Shown here piece by piece: positions 37,183 through 47,886 of a stretch of 64,000 nucleotides of DNA. The stretch is from a virus. Taxonomy: Duplodnaviria; Heunggongvirae; Uroviricota; Caudoviricetes. The number at the start of each line of letters is the position of its first letter. The stretch's first letter is position 1. The translations under genes were made by a program, and so were the position numbers. The notes under the pieces are model-generated. The model searched no databases and was not told the DNA's origin. It worked only from the letters and a program-made list of their open reading frames with translations. The stretch spans positions 64,001 through 128,000 of the IMG/VR virus record IMGVR_UViG_3300005077_000002. One strand, written 5' to 3'.

Positions 37183-37524
37183 TTACACCGGCTGCATATA
37201 TTTAACTTTTGAGATGACAGTTTGCAGGACCTGGTCTACTTCAGCCTTGAGTGTTTTGATTTCTTTTATTGTAGTTTTAATAAAATTGATCTCTGCTTCT
37301 GACAGGAAATACTTTGTTTCGTCAGGCAACTGCACGACGGCAAGCTTATTGGATAAATCCTGCATGTCTGTTTCAAACTCATCCATTAAGGAACGAATAG
37401 CTGCTTCCCGGGCATCTGCATCCGAAACAGTTTGCAGAGAACTTATTTTCGTTTCAAGGTCACCTATTCTTTTGGTTAACACAGCTATTTTGCTGTCTAG
37501 TCTAATATAATCTTGATTTTCCAT
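37183..37524 (-). CDS. Coiled-coil hypothetical protein
   Basis: 113 aa with heptad periodicity. Confidence 0.65.
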   Translation of the reverse strand: MENQDYIRLDSKIAVLTKRIGDLETKISSLQTVSDADAREAAIRSLMDEFETDMQDLSNKLAVVQLPDETKYFLSEAEINFIKTTIKEIKTLKAEVDQVLQTVISKVKYMQPV

Positions 37525-37526
37525 TG

Positions 37527-38615
37527 TTATGCCTCGTATTCGAAGTAAAATCCATTAAGTACTGGAGAGCTGCCATTGTTGTACAAATAACACTTCACGT
37601 ACAATGTAGTTTGATTTATAGTACCAATGCTGATACCAGAGTCTGTGGATAGCAATGGGAATTCATTTGAGATTGAATCATAAACTAATCCGGTAATATC
37701 ATTGCCACTGTATCCGGTTCCAATTTGAAACCTTACAACATCGGAGTATCGTAATGGAGCAATTTGAGAATACCAGTTTGCGCTGAAAGAACGCAGAACT
37801 GTAGCACCAGCCGGGTTGTCTATTGCTACAGGACATATGACCCAGCCACTCTCAGTGAATTCACGGTATCCTGCATTGATACTACGTAATCCAAATATGT
37901 AATTGCCATCATCGTCCGTTAATGAACTTCTCATTGTAATGGTTATTTTGCCACCAAACTTTGTACCGTTTACCGGGAATATTCGACTGCGATCCAGTAA
38001 TCCCTTAGTAGAATGATTGGCATTGCCATATGTGTCATAGTACGTGACTCTGTATGTATTTCCATGTGGAAACAAAGTCTTTATCGAGATATAGTTTATA
38101 TCTGAACGTAGTGTGGGCGGCAGTGAGATATGTATATTAATTTCATTTTGAGCAGATTTACCGGCCCAGAATTTGTTGTCATCCAGTATCCAGCGTATGG
38201 CCGGATCAGCGTTTAATTCAGAACCCATAACTACACTGGCCATAGCTGATACTTCCCCGTTTATTCTTGGAATTCTGCTTATGTCGGATTTATGTGACAG
38301 CAGAATACTACCAGTTTTCGGTTCAATATACAGTCCATTTGATGTAGTAATGGGATCCCAGAAAGTAAAATGAGCCAGTTTTCTGTTACCATCTCCATCA
38401 TACTGAAAGCCTACACTATTCAGAAATTGTCCTGCTTTAGCTGCTGCACCATCAACACTGGCCCCTATAGTCTCCAATGCTATTTGTTGGACGCGCAGCT
38501 GATTCCTAAGATCCTGATTTGCCATGTAAGCCTGGGCTACAAGGGTCTGTAGCTCATTGAACTTGTTACCAAGATCTTCTGAACTCAGGACTTCACCATA
38601 GTTTATCTTATCCAT
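37527..38615 (-). CDS. Baseplate-associated structural protein (paralog family)
   Basis: N-terminal helical segment, YIFGLRSINAG..F..SG and C-terminal SSPVLNGFYFE, shared in pattern with its neighbours. Confidence 0.55.
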   Translation of the reverse strand: MDKINYGEVLSSEDLGNKFNELQTLVAQAYMANQDLRNQLRVQQIALETIGASVDGAAAKAGQFLNSVGFQYDGDGNRKLAHFTFWDPITTSNGLYIEPKTGSILLSHKSDISRIPRINGEVSAMASVVMGSELNADPAIRWILDDNKFWAGKSAQNEINIHISLPPTLRSDINYISIKTLFPHGNTYRVTYYDTYGNANHSTKGLLDRSRIFPVNGTKFGGKITITMRSSLTDDDGNYIFGLRSINAGYREFTESGWVICPVAIDNPAGATVLRSFSANWYSQIAPLRYSDVVRFQIGTGYSGNDITGLVYDSISNEFPLLSTDSGISIGTINQTTLYVKCYLYNNGSSPVLNGFYFEYEA

Positions 38616-38914
38616 TATAATTTTCTCCAGTCATCTAAGTGGTCAGATGCATTCTGTGCTGATTTGAAATGTCCTGATTGGGTATCAGTGCCGGCCAATG
38701 CTTTTTCAGAAACAGTAATAGCATTGTCGATTAATGCTGGCAGTAATGTAGCATCTACCGTAGTTGTAACAATGGTATTAAGGTCCATTGCCATTTCCAG
38801 CAATCTGTCACTGATGAGTTGGGACTGCATAGGATACATTGATCTGATACTAATCCTAGTATACTGGCCACCTGGTTTATTATTTTCAACGAGATCCTGT
38901 ATATACTTACTCAT
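38615..38914 (-). CDS. Small structural protein
   Basis: 99 aa, coupled to both neighbours. Confidence 0.55.
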   Translation of the reverse strand: MSKYIQDLVENNKPGGQYTRISIRSMYPMQSQLISDRLLEMAMDLNTIVTTTVDATLLPALIDNAITVSEKALAGTDTQSGHFKSAQNASDHLDDWRKL

Positions 38915-40898
38915 TTACTTTTCCTTCATCCACCAAATGCAATTCAATACTGCGTACGACCGGGGATTGCTCAACTCTGGCTGTCGTTAATTCTACTTTA
39001 AAGAATAAGTATTCAGACCAGTTATCCGGTGTTTGTTCCATGATATAAGATATGTCATAAAATGCATTTAGATTGGACTGGCTGCTATACAGATCCGCTA
39101 TTTCGAAGTCAGGATGATAAATATCGTACTGCGTGGATCTGGCCAGGATAGGAACGTAAACATCATAACCAGCCAAAGAGTAAAACTGATGCCGTATGAT
39201 TGGATCTATATGGCTAAAATCAGTAGGAGCTTTTCTGGCTGGCCATGGATATAGTATTATTTCTGCCGCGGATTCATCGTAATTTACTATTTGATCAGGA
39301 ATGATCCCGGTCATTTCTGTTGCAGAAATATCCATCGGCCACGCGGCAAGGTCAATTTGACTAACGTATAGTTGTATTTTATATATGCCCTCGGTCAATT
39401 TACCGGAAAAGGTACCTGCTGTTCTATTTATCATAGACTCCAGGTCTGGATAAACTTCTGTGGTCGTTTCAATAAGATCTACGGCTATATCCTTAATCTT
39501 ATTGTTAGGATTTGTTATGGTCAAATCCGTAGGTCTTTTCACGACGAGGTAGGTGGTCCACAAATCGTCTATATTAAGCCCGAGTGACTCTATCTGTTCA
39601 GGTGGAATACGTAACTGACTCGCGTGAGGAATAAATATCCATGCGTTACGCCCGGACATTACACGCACAGACTTAGGAATAACTGTGCTTGGTAGGGTTA
39701 CGAGTGGTGTGTTGAGCGATGTACCATAGTCACCCTGTGCTATTTTTCCAGGCAGGCTGTTATAATAATATATAGTACCCGAAGACATTTCTTTCCACAC
39801 TGGTTCAGGCAGTTTGCCTATCCCGGATGTCAGTGAATACCGGTATAGCTTACTGAGCCAGGTTTCAGCATCAGCCAGAGTGTTGTACAACATGGGCGCA
39901 GTGCTAACATCGATATCGGGATCTTTCTGCACACCGCCAACTTCAAATTGACCTTTAACTTTTGTGTCGCTGGCCATATAAAACTTTACTAAGGTACCAA
40001 CCGGAATATAGGTGTCAGCAGCTAATTTGATTAATCCATTGTAGTCTGCTTTTAATGGAGAGCTAATATAAGTCCCTGTATTAACATATTTTTCGGAATA
40101 TACGTTGAGCGCGTTGATACGTAGCTCAGCTTCATTACCATATTGAAATAATCTCACTGTAATAGAGTTTGCTACTACATCATCAAACTGCAGAGTGTCC
40201 TTACCATTGACACGCTTGCGCAGCATTTCTTTCTGTGTACCATCCTGAGCGTTCACAAATATTTGTGCAATAGCCGGGGATGAGTCTATAGTGATTCTGG
40301 TAATCGTTCTTGAATTAAATTCAAGTCTGATATTTATACCGGTTACGGTGCCTTTTGACTTAACCTTGTAATGAAGAGGTGTAACCAGTTTGCTGAGTGG
40401 AGTATAATCCACTATGGTGTTGTCACTGTAAGGGCTTATGATGGATGTGTATTCAAGTTGTTCAGATACTGATGGCCGGAGCGTTATGTGCCCATTGGCC
40501 TGTATGCCACTACTGTAATCCGAAGGAATCGGCAGATCACTTATATACGCATTTCTTATATCAGATGATTCAGCAAGTACACGTACTTGTCTGTGTTGCC
40601 TGTTTATAGCAGCAATGGCCCTGGAATTCTCACAGGTTACGGCCAGGTGTAGTTGATTTATTAATCCATGCAGTTCTTTGCATAACTCAACTAAATCATT
40701 GAAATCGGTCAGCATGCCGGCAACAACTTGGTTATGCTTATCAGCATCAGATATAGCTTTTGTACCGGGAACCACCAACATAGCTTGTGGTTTGTATACG
40801 TCTTCAGTGCGTACAGCTATTTCACTTGGATCCGGTATAGTACCGGTTTCATTGAATCTGTTTTTAACAATTTTATTTATGATCTGGTCAATACGCAT
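38907..40898 (-). CDS. Baseplate-associated structural protein (paralog family)
   Basis: N-terminal coiled coil, KYVNTGTYISSP and C-terminal QSPVVRSIEL. Confidence 0.6.
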   Translation of the reverse strand: MRIDQIINKIVKNRFNETGTIPDPSEIAVRTEDVYKPQAMLVVPGTKAISDADKHNQVVAGMLTDFNDLVELCKELHGLINQLHLAVTCENSRAIAAINRQHRQVRVLAESSDIRNAYISDLPIPSDYSSGIQANGHITLRPSVSEQLEYTSIISPYSDNTIVDYTPLSKLVTPLHYKVKSKGTVTGINIRLEFNSRTITRITIDSSPAIAQIFVNAQDGTQKEMLRKRVNGKDTLQFDDVVANSITVRLFQYGNEAELRINALNVYSEKYVNTGTYISSPLKADYNGLIKLAADTYIPVGTLVKFYMASDTKVKGQFEVGGVQKDPDIDVSTAPMLYNTLADAETWLSKLYRYSLTSGIGKLPEPVWKEMSSGTIYYYNSLPGKIAQGDYGTSLNTPLVTLPSTVIPKSVRVMSGRNAWIFIPHASQLRIPPEQIESLGLNIDDLWTTYLVVKRPTDLTITNPNNKIKDIAVDLIETTTEVYPDLESMINRTAGTFSGKLTEGIYKIQLYVSQIDLAAWPMDISATEMTGIIPDQIVNYDESAAEIILYPWPARKAPTDFSHIDPIIRHQFYSLAGYDVYVPILARSTQYDIYHPDFEIADLYSSQSNLNAFYDISYIMEQTPDNWSEYLFFKVELTTARVEQSPVVRSIELHLVDEGKVNE

Positions 40899-40900
40899 AA

Positions 40901-43201
40901 TTATTCCGTTCTAGTTACAGTGCTTATGCCCATTCCAGATGACAGCAACACACCTTGTTCAACCACAACAGATATGGTCCAACCATATACTATTGGAGAT
41001 AATCCCTTGTAGGATTCATGGCCATTGACCTCAGCTAATACTGTTATCTTGCCGGCCTTTCCTTTTACAGTTATAAACTCTTCTTTTAATTTACGTCTGT
41101 ATCGTTTTATACTATCTGGCACTGACATATTAATATGGTATATTACTGGGCTGGTGCCTGTTCTGTTAGTTGGTGTTATTTGATATTTATCTTTACCAAT
41201 TATTATATAATAGCGAATATACTTATCCGGAACAGTTCCGAATTCAACTGGTAAATAATCTTCAACGGATAATGAGATGCTTTGTGGCTGCCTGGTAAAT
41301 TGATAATGCTTTTGAATGGATGCAGATGATCCGAATGTAACCAATTTGGCATCGAAATTAGCTATATTTATTTCTTTGCTATATCGGTTACTGTGCTCTT
41401 TAGGTATTTGAACTGTAACACCTTGTGTCGCTGAAGCATTAATTGTGTTGTTGCCCTGGATACTGGATGTGTTAAAATTAAATATATGCCAATCACGTAA
41501 ACCACTGCTTACGGATTGGATTAAAACAACCCACTGAAATCCCTCGATGTCATTTTCTTTAAGATTAGATATAGCTATTGATGTTTCAGTATCAAGATAT
41601 TCTGTACCTATACCTGAATGAAATAATGAACTTACAGTGTCATCATTTAATTCGCTGCTTTCAATGTTATCCGGCATTTTATCCGCCCTGAAGAAAGCAC
41701 ATCTAATATCACTTGGATTATCATTGCCCGATACCGTACAACCAAGATTTAATGTATAGATTACGTTGCCATCAACATCGATGGAAGGTAAGATACTGAA
41801 TGTAGGATTGCTTAGTGCAGGGGGTAATCTTAGTCCACTGTAGGTAAGTGTATTGCTGTAATCAACACTTTCACCATTCATAAAATAGGTTTTTATATAG
41901 TAATTGGCAGCACTATTAGGTTTAAGATTACTATCTAGTGGAAATCTGTTGACCATTACACTATTCAAAAAACCAGAATGTTTTGTTTCAAGGGTGTGTC
42001 CCCCGTAAGTCACCGTTGTTTCTGTAACTACAGGCGATGACGGTTGGTGTGCCGTGTGATTAAATGGATTCGCAATATTAAATTGTATTGAAAATACGTC
42101 AGCTTCATCCTTGCTGACAGAATAATCATTTTTAGACAGCGAACCAGTGAGTTTGACAGGTTCGAATCTTATTGGAAAAGTCACAGGTTCTGTGCCGTAT
42201 ATCAGAGCTGTTTTTGCTTCCGGATTACGTAATGCCGTTACAAAATGTAATAGGCATTTTCCGTTAGGACCATTTTCATTATACGTAGGATCAGACCCTG
42301 GTGTCTGTACTATGCCATTCTTAACATATAAGTCTTGCAGTTTGATCTGGCAATATCCCTCATTATGTGTCTTGCCAGCGCCGCCATTATATATACCACC
42401 ATTGTTTATCCAATCCAGAAAGCTTCGTTTACCTTCAGCCAGTTTCTGACTGCGTTCGAATATATCCTGTGCTGTAAGATTGGATTCGTGTTCATCTGTA
42501 ACAACCCAATACAGGTCGACATCGCGGTAACGCTGCTCATTATTGTTTTCGCCACCTGTACCTATGTAGTTAACCCATTGAAAAACCCAATCCTGGGAAT
42601 TTACCCAGTAGCCGTTTTTCGATCCATTTATATCAGATAGCCATGCTGTTCGATGTGTGGTATCATTAAGTATGGTATCAAATGAAATAGAAGTGTATCC
42701 TGTACCGGAAACAGGTAAAGTAACATCAGGGAATATTTGAATAGTAATATAGTAGTCGCTGTCAGTGGTGTACAAGTCCACACCATCTACAGTGTGATAA
42801 TACGCAAAATTAGCTGTATCATTACTGTCGAATGTAAAGGTATATGGATTGTTCCATGGGGCAGCATCATCATTTATTCTCCAACGATTACCCCATTCAT
42901 CTCTGATGGTAATTATTTGTTTTGTGGAATAGACTCCAGGCGTACTTGTTTCTTCAAATCCTTCAATATGCCACGCGTATACCAATACTTCCTGATCTGC
43001 TTCAGGTGTAGCAGGTAACCAAAATCCTCTGCGTAGTGATTCACCTGGCCTGTTATAGCATCGCATATGCAGTGATCCATCTGCCATGAAAAGGTATTTA
43101 CCTTCGGCATAGAATCGATTGTCCATACCAGGTATTGAATTTATCTCAAATCTTACTTTTGTGATCAGAGTTGCACGTTTTGGAGGATTATATTCTGACA
43201 T
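40901..43201 (-). CDS. Baseplate-associated structural protein (paralog family)
   Basis: 766 aa beta-rich protein with C-terminal LSPIVYGWTISV. Confidence 0.55.
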   Translation of the reverse strand: MSEYNPPKRATLITKVRFEINSIPGMDNRFYAEGKYLFMADGSLHMRCYNRPGESLRRGFWLPATPEADQEVLVYAWHIEGFEETSTPGVYSTKQIITIRDEWGNRWRINDDAAPWNNPYTFTFDSNDTANFAYYHTVDGVDLYTTDSDYYITIQIFPDVTLPVSGTGYTSISFDTILNDTTHRTAWLSDINGSKNGYWVNSQDWVFQWVNYIGTGGENNNEQRYRDVDLYWVVTDEHESNLTAQDIFERSQKLAEGKRSFLDWINNGGIYNGGAGKTHNEGYCQIKLQDLYVKNGIVQTPGSDPTYNENGPNGKCLLHFVTALRNPEAKTALIYGTEPVTFPIRFEPVKLTGSLSKNDYSVSKDEADVFSIQFNIANPFNHTAHQPSSPVVTETTVTYGGHTLETKHSGFLNSVMVNRFPLDSNLKPNSAANYYIKTYFMNGESVDYSNTLTYSGLRLPPALSNPTFSILPSIDVDGNVIYTLNLGCTVSGNDNPSDIRCAFFRADKMPDNIESSELNDDTVSSLFHSGIGTEYLDTETSIAISNLKENDIEGFQWVVLIQSVSSGLRDWHIFNFNTSSIQGNNTINASATQGVTVQIPKEHSNRYSKEINIANFDAKLVTFGSSASIQKHYQFTRQPQSISLSVEDYLPVEFGTVPDKYIRYYIIIGKDKYQITPTNRTGTSPVIYHINMSVPDSIKRYRRKLKEEFITVKGKAGKITVLAEVNGHESYKGLSPIVYGWTISVVVEQGVLLSSGMGISTVTRTE

Positions 43202-43211
43202 TATTTACTAC

Positions 43212-44240
43212 CTATACTAGCTTACGAGCAGCTTCATCGATGTAATACACATAAGCATTTGAAGATCCGCTGATTCCGGCAATATTAAGTATCATGGCCT
43301 GTATAGTGTAAGCTAGCTTATGCGCGGCTGACACATTATCTTTGATCACGATATGTATTTCTTTTACTAGTTTCGGGTAGAATACCAGTTCTTCAGCACC
43401 AGCCATACGTGTTTCATACAGGTGTTCGTCAAACACGCTTATGCTGTGTATCATGGCCTGTTGATCTGTATCAAATTCTATCATGGACAATTGAACAGGT
43501 TTAACAAGTTTTATTATCAGCCTGCCAGACAAGGATAAATTGGATGAATCAACCTGATGCCATATGAAAGTATTGGTGGACAATAAAGCGTATTGACGCT
43601 CAAATGGGGCCAGAGATTCTTTTACGATATCTGTATCCGATGTGTCGATCTGTACACCCTGTAGTTGCAAGGGTACGCTGCTTATCAAAGCCAAATGTGG
43701 CTGACTTTCAATACCAGAACCAAATGGGTCTCCGAATGCAAAGTATGGTCCTGATATCTTATTGGATTCTTTGTTCTGTCCGGATTCCGGATCGAATATA
43801 ACTTCAGCTATGTTTGATCCTTCGGCAACCGAATTGGTGTAGTCTTCTATAGGCAGCATAAGACTTGTACTTAAAGACTCGTTTACAGTTATTACATCAC
43901 TATCACCATTGAACAATTTCCAGTAGTTTACTTCCGACTTGAGATAATTCAATTGATGTTTAAGTTCATCAGTGGAAGACACAATATCAGCGGTAAGTAA
44001 GTCAGTATCTGTACGCAGTTCACCTAAAGCTTCCTGTACATCACCAGAGATTGTATACATATGGTTGAATGGCTCAGTAATATGCTCAGCACGAGCTACA
44101 TCGCCATTCTTTGGTAATCTGTAAGAATGTTTGCCGAACACAGTTTCGAATAGTTTACCAAGTATCTGGTATAAGTTACTTTCTATGCTGTGGCCAGGTT
44201 TTAAGTTTCTGTATACACGCTCTGATATACTATTGGACAT
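43212..44240 (-). CDS. Baseplate-associated structural protein
   Basis: N-terminal coiled coil followed by a beta-sandwich (LIIKLVKPVQLSMIEFD). Confidence 0.55.
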   Translation of the reverse strand: MSNSISERVYRNLKPGHSIESNLYQILGKLFETVFGKHSYRLPKNGDVARAEHITEPFNHMYTISGDVQEALGELRTDTDLLTADIVSSTDELKHQLNYLKSEVNYWKLFNGDSDVITVNESLSTSLMLPIEDYTNSVAEGSNIAEVIFDPESGQNKESNKISGPYFAFGDPFGSGIESQPHLALISSVPLQLQGVQIDTSDTDIVKESLAPFERQYALLSTNTFIWHQVDSSNLSLSGRLIIKLVKPVQLSMIEFDTDQQAMIHSISVFDEHLYETRMAGAEELVFYPKLVKEIHIVIKDNVSAAHKLAYTIQAMILNIAGISGSSNAYVYYIDEAARKLV

Positions 44241-46326
44241 TTACATCAACCTTATACATGGACACTGATCCGGTCATTAGACTATTTAATGTTGCCAAGT
44301 CAATGGTGATACTTATACTATCACCTTTAGTTAGATATGTCACTTCAGCTTCATAAAATCCTTTCACATTGAAGTACAATTTATTACCATAAATATAGTA
44401 TTCTAATGTGCCATCAATACTGTAGTCGGTAAGCATTGGTGCTTTGTTTCTGTCAGACCATATTGTTCTATCTACAGCCGTAACGAATTCAGAACTTGAA
44501 GACATTTTTAACTTAACAGTAATCGGACTGTAACCAGAGTTCCATGCCACAGACTGCCAATCATAATTGTTAAAGTCTACATTTGGATGCGACAGTAAAG
44601 TAACTGCATTGCCAACCAGATCATCTGATGCAAATCTTTCAGTTACACTTTGTGATGTGTACATATCAATGCTATGTACATCCATCACTCTATACCCTGT
44701 TTTGTATGGATTGCCAAATCGAACTGTATATGGGGTAGTAACTGAAGGAGCAATCGGATATTGTTGCAGTCCATTTAAATCATCTACTTCGAATACTAAC
44801 GAATTTGTATTAGTGGTATTATAAACCAATAATACATCATCGGAATCTTTTAGAACATTTTCCTTCAGTAAGAACCTGTTCGAATTATTGTCATACACAA
44901 AAACAGATGACGTTAGCAATTTGCCGTTACGAGCGATTGTTATGGATGCATTGCCGTTATCAGCGTAAAATGTCGGTCGTACCTGCCATGTAAAATCTGT
45001 TGAATAATCACTTTCCTCTGAGAATGGTATAGCTTTAATTATTTCCTGTACTATGTTTGAACCACTCGGTAGCACTGGAACAGATCCTACTGTTTTGCCA
45101 TTAAGCATGAAATTGACTTTATACTTCTGAAATGCTACTCCGGATATTTCAGTTTGCTCAACACTCGATAGTCCTACACCAAGTATTGAACCAGCAGATT
45201 TCATCGGCGCCGATGTATAAGATCCAAAAGATATGTAGTTGTTACTGCGCAGCTTTAGGTTGTAAATTCCAATCAGATATTGATACTGAAATTCTCTATC
45301 TATAGTCTGTAGTACCTGTCCAAGTTTGCCATTTACTGCAGCGTCAGATAAAGAATTAAAATTTAAATTAGTTTCGGTAGACACAGATTGACTACCCGTT
45401 ACTACAGGATCTTCACAGCTCAATACGAATCTATAGCGCTGTGAATACACCGACTGAACATTAGTGAGCTGCACTGAATAATCAGGTTCTGTAGAAAGAA
45501 GTTGTCCTTTGCTGTTTCTGATCGGTAACCAATTACCAATTTTGTCCATGTAATACGCTCGTACTATTCTTGTTCTTGTAAGAAAGTCAGCGCTAAGATT
45601 ATTGAGATTAGTTGGACCGGCCAGCATAATATCCAAGACAGCGACAGCACCATTAATCTTAACTGGTTCAGTATTCGTATTACTTTGTAAACGGCCCCAG
45701 TAAACTTTTGGAACATCATCACAGTGCACGCTTGCAGACCATATACCAGATCCAAGGCCTGAGTCAAGTATGCTATTAGCATCCCCTGCAATTGTGTGCC
45801 ATACCAAATCTGATTCAGCCGGCAGTACAGCTATACTTATAGACAGCGCTTGTGACCTTATTGTATGTGGTACGAGTGTAAGTGTATTGTTGGAAACAAG
45901 GGTGCCATTATTAGTTGTTCCGGCACTTTGCACGAACGAATCGGTAAAACTGAGAGCAGTATTATACTGTCCAATTGTTTTGGCAATTTGTGCTATGGTT
46001 GATTTAACGGAATTGAATACTGCTCTGGATTGTGATTCAGCTGCAGTCAACGATTCTTCAATAAATTTTAACTGAATAAAGTATGCCAGCAAATCTATAT
46101 AAGTAGTACGTACTTGTTCTCTGTAAGATAAGCTGCTGGCAGATTTAAACTGTCTTGGAATACCAAGCGGTGTACTCGTATTGTATCTGGTTACAACCAT
46201 ATCAATTATGGCTCGTACATCGGCCGGATCAGTTATTCCGTATTCTTTAGCTATCTCCGCGGCAAATTCACGAAGGCGCCGAGAACGTTCTATTTGAATA
46301 GCTCTTATGTCAGCTGTGCTGCCCAT
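44230..46326 (-). CDS. Baseplate-associated structural protein (paralog family)
   Basis: TYIDLLAYF coiled coil, IMLAGPTNLNNLS and YLIGIYNLKL..NYISFGSYTSAP. Confidence 0.6.
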   Translation of the reverse strand: MGSTADIRAIQIERSRRLREFAAEIAKEYGITDPADVRAIIDMVVTRYNTSTPLGIPRQFKSASSLSYREQVRTTYIDLLAYFIQLKFIEESLTAAESQSRAVFNSVKSTIAQIAKTIGQYNTALSFTDSFVQSAGTTNNGTLVSNNTLTLVPHTIRSQALSISIAVLPAESDLVWHTIAGDANSILDSGLGSGIWSASVHCDDVPKVYWGRLQSNTNTEPVKINGAVAVLDIMLAGPTNLNNLSADFLTRTRIVRAYYMDKIGNWLPIRNSKGQLLSTEPDYSVQLTNVQSVYSQRYRFVLSCEDPVVTGSQSVSTETNLNFNSLSDAAVNGKLGQVLQTIDREFQYQYLIGIYNLKLRSNNYISFGSYTSAPMKSAGSILGVGLSSVEQTEISGVAFQKYKVNFMLNGKTVGSVPVLPSGSNIVQEIIKAIPFSEESDYSTDFTWQVRPTFYADNGNASITIARNGKLLTSSVFVYDNNSNRFLLKENVLKDSDDVLLVYNTTNTNSLVFEVDDLNGLQQYPIAPSVTTPYTVRFGNPYKTGYRVMDVHSIDMYTSQSVTERFASDDLVGNAVTLLSHPNVDFNNYDWQSVAWNSGYSPITVKLKMSSSSEFVTAVDRTIWSDRNKAPMLTDYSIDGTLEYYIYGNKLYFNVKGFYEAEVTYLTKGDSISITIDLATLNSLMTGSVSMYKVDVNVQ

Positions 46327-46329
46327 GCA

Positions 46330-47886
46330 TTATTGTCCTTGGAAGTAGGGTTGTCCGCTTTTATTCTGCAGAATAATGTTTACACCTGCCGGTGCAAATC
46401 TGCTTACGGCTTCAGTAATGTATTTTTCAGTTGCTGTTTTAGCTTCGTATGCAGATAAACCTTGATCATAAAATCTACGATACAGATCCGTGTAAACGGC
46501 ATCAGGTAGTCTGATTATAATAGCAATGTTCTCGACCGGTTGACCATCGAAGAAACCCAAATCAGTAAAACCTGTCCACCCGACTTTGGACCGAAAGGAT
46601 TCTTTTAGCTGGCCACCGGAATGCCTGATATCGAAGTATTTAATGGCATCCTGCTCTATTGTACGAACTTCAGCTGCTATTGCCCAATTGGAACTAATAA
46701 CTGCTCCAGATGAATATCCAAAACCATCAGGCATGGCTATCCCTGGATTACTAGATATGGAAAACATCAGTAGTCCGCCTAGTTCAATTGGCTGTAACAG
46801 ATACTTTACACTAATCGCGGTAGCGTTATATATTGTACCTGTTGAGTGATTAGCATGAGGATTAAAATCAACCATGTTGGATTCTATCCAGTTTGTATGG
46901 TTGATACGATAATCAACGGTTACTTTCACGCTTGCACTAACGGCTTTTGGCAATTGAATAAGTCCAAATCTAGAACTAATTTCCACGTCAAGATCAGTCT
47001 GCTCTTCCCCATCGAAGTATATAGTTATTGCAGCAGCTGTATTAATATCAGGATAACTTACTTTAAATATATTGCCAGTTACTGGCCTGGCGGGGTCATC
47101 TTTTATTATTGAAGCAGGATAATTAGTACCATTAAGAGTTGTAGTATAAAATGATTTTGTACCAGCTATGTAGCCTCTGCTAATCAGCATAAACCATTCA
47201 TTGTACCATTCACGGTACGGCATGACCATGCGTATACGATTAAATGCGTTTTGTTTTACATATAATGGTACACTTATACCTGGCCATATCACGGTCAGAT
47301 AGTTACCTGTTCTGCCTAATGACCAGTTTGCACTAGATTCATAAGCTGCAACATTTGCTGTATTCAGCAGGTGTGATACATTATTTTTAAGAACACCGCT
47401 GGATATACTGGAAAATTTAACTATGATCGGATTACTAGCTACGTCTTCATCGTATAATAATATACGTATTTCCTGATCGTCTCCGGCTGCAGGTGTTTCC
47501 AACCACTGACCAGAATTATTGAAAAGGACTTTAAATCTTAAAATAGCCCTGTTGGTCTCAGCATTGTATAACTTTATATCAGGAATTGCTGTAGTGTGAA
47601 TTGGTAAATCATAATATATGTTATAGTCTCGCAGCGTACTGACAATGATGCTGTTTTTAAGACTTTGTAGATCGGTAATTGACACATTCTCTGGCAACCA
47701 GAATGGTGTAACTGCCGTGTCTGATTCATCCCAGTTTAATATCTTAAATACAGTATAATCGAATAATTGATGTATCTGGCTGCTGACTTGCACCATATTT
47801 GATGTCTTGGCGCTGGATAATAACCCGGCAATTGGTATAACTGGGGACCCTGGAATATATTTATCCAGAATACGTAGTTCGATCAT
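46330..47886 (-). CDS. Baseplate structural protein of large myoviruses
   Basis: C-terminal DIRHSGG...TDLGFFDG...IIIRLP...AVSRFAPAG is a pattern seen in large-phage baseplate genes. Confidence 0.55.
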   Translation of the reverse strand: MIELRILDKYIPGSPVIPIAGLLSSAKTSNMVQVSSQIHQLFDYTVFKILNWDESDTAVTPFWLPENVSITDLQSLKNSIIVSTLRDYNIYYDLPIHTTAIPDIKLYNAETNRAILRFKVLFNNSGQWLETPAAGDDQEIRILLYDEDVASNPIIVKFSSISSGVLKNNVSHLLNTANVAAYESSANWSLGRTGNYLTVIWPGISVPLYVKQNAFNRIRMVMPYREWYNEWFMLISRGYIAGTKSFYTTTLNGTNYPASIIKDDPARPVTGNIFKVSYPDINTAAAITIYFDGEEQTDLDVEISSRFGLIQLPKAVSASVKVTVDYRINHTNWIESNMVDFNPHANHSTGTIYNATAISVKYLLQPIELGGLLMFSISSNPGIAMPDGFGYSSGAVISSNWAIAAEVRTIEQDAIKYFDIRHSGGQLKESFRSKVGWTGFTDLGFFDGQPVENIAIIIRLPDAVYTDLYRRFYDQGLSAYEAKTATEKYITEAVSRFAPAGVNIILQNKSGQPYFQGQ

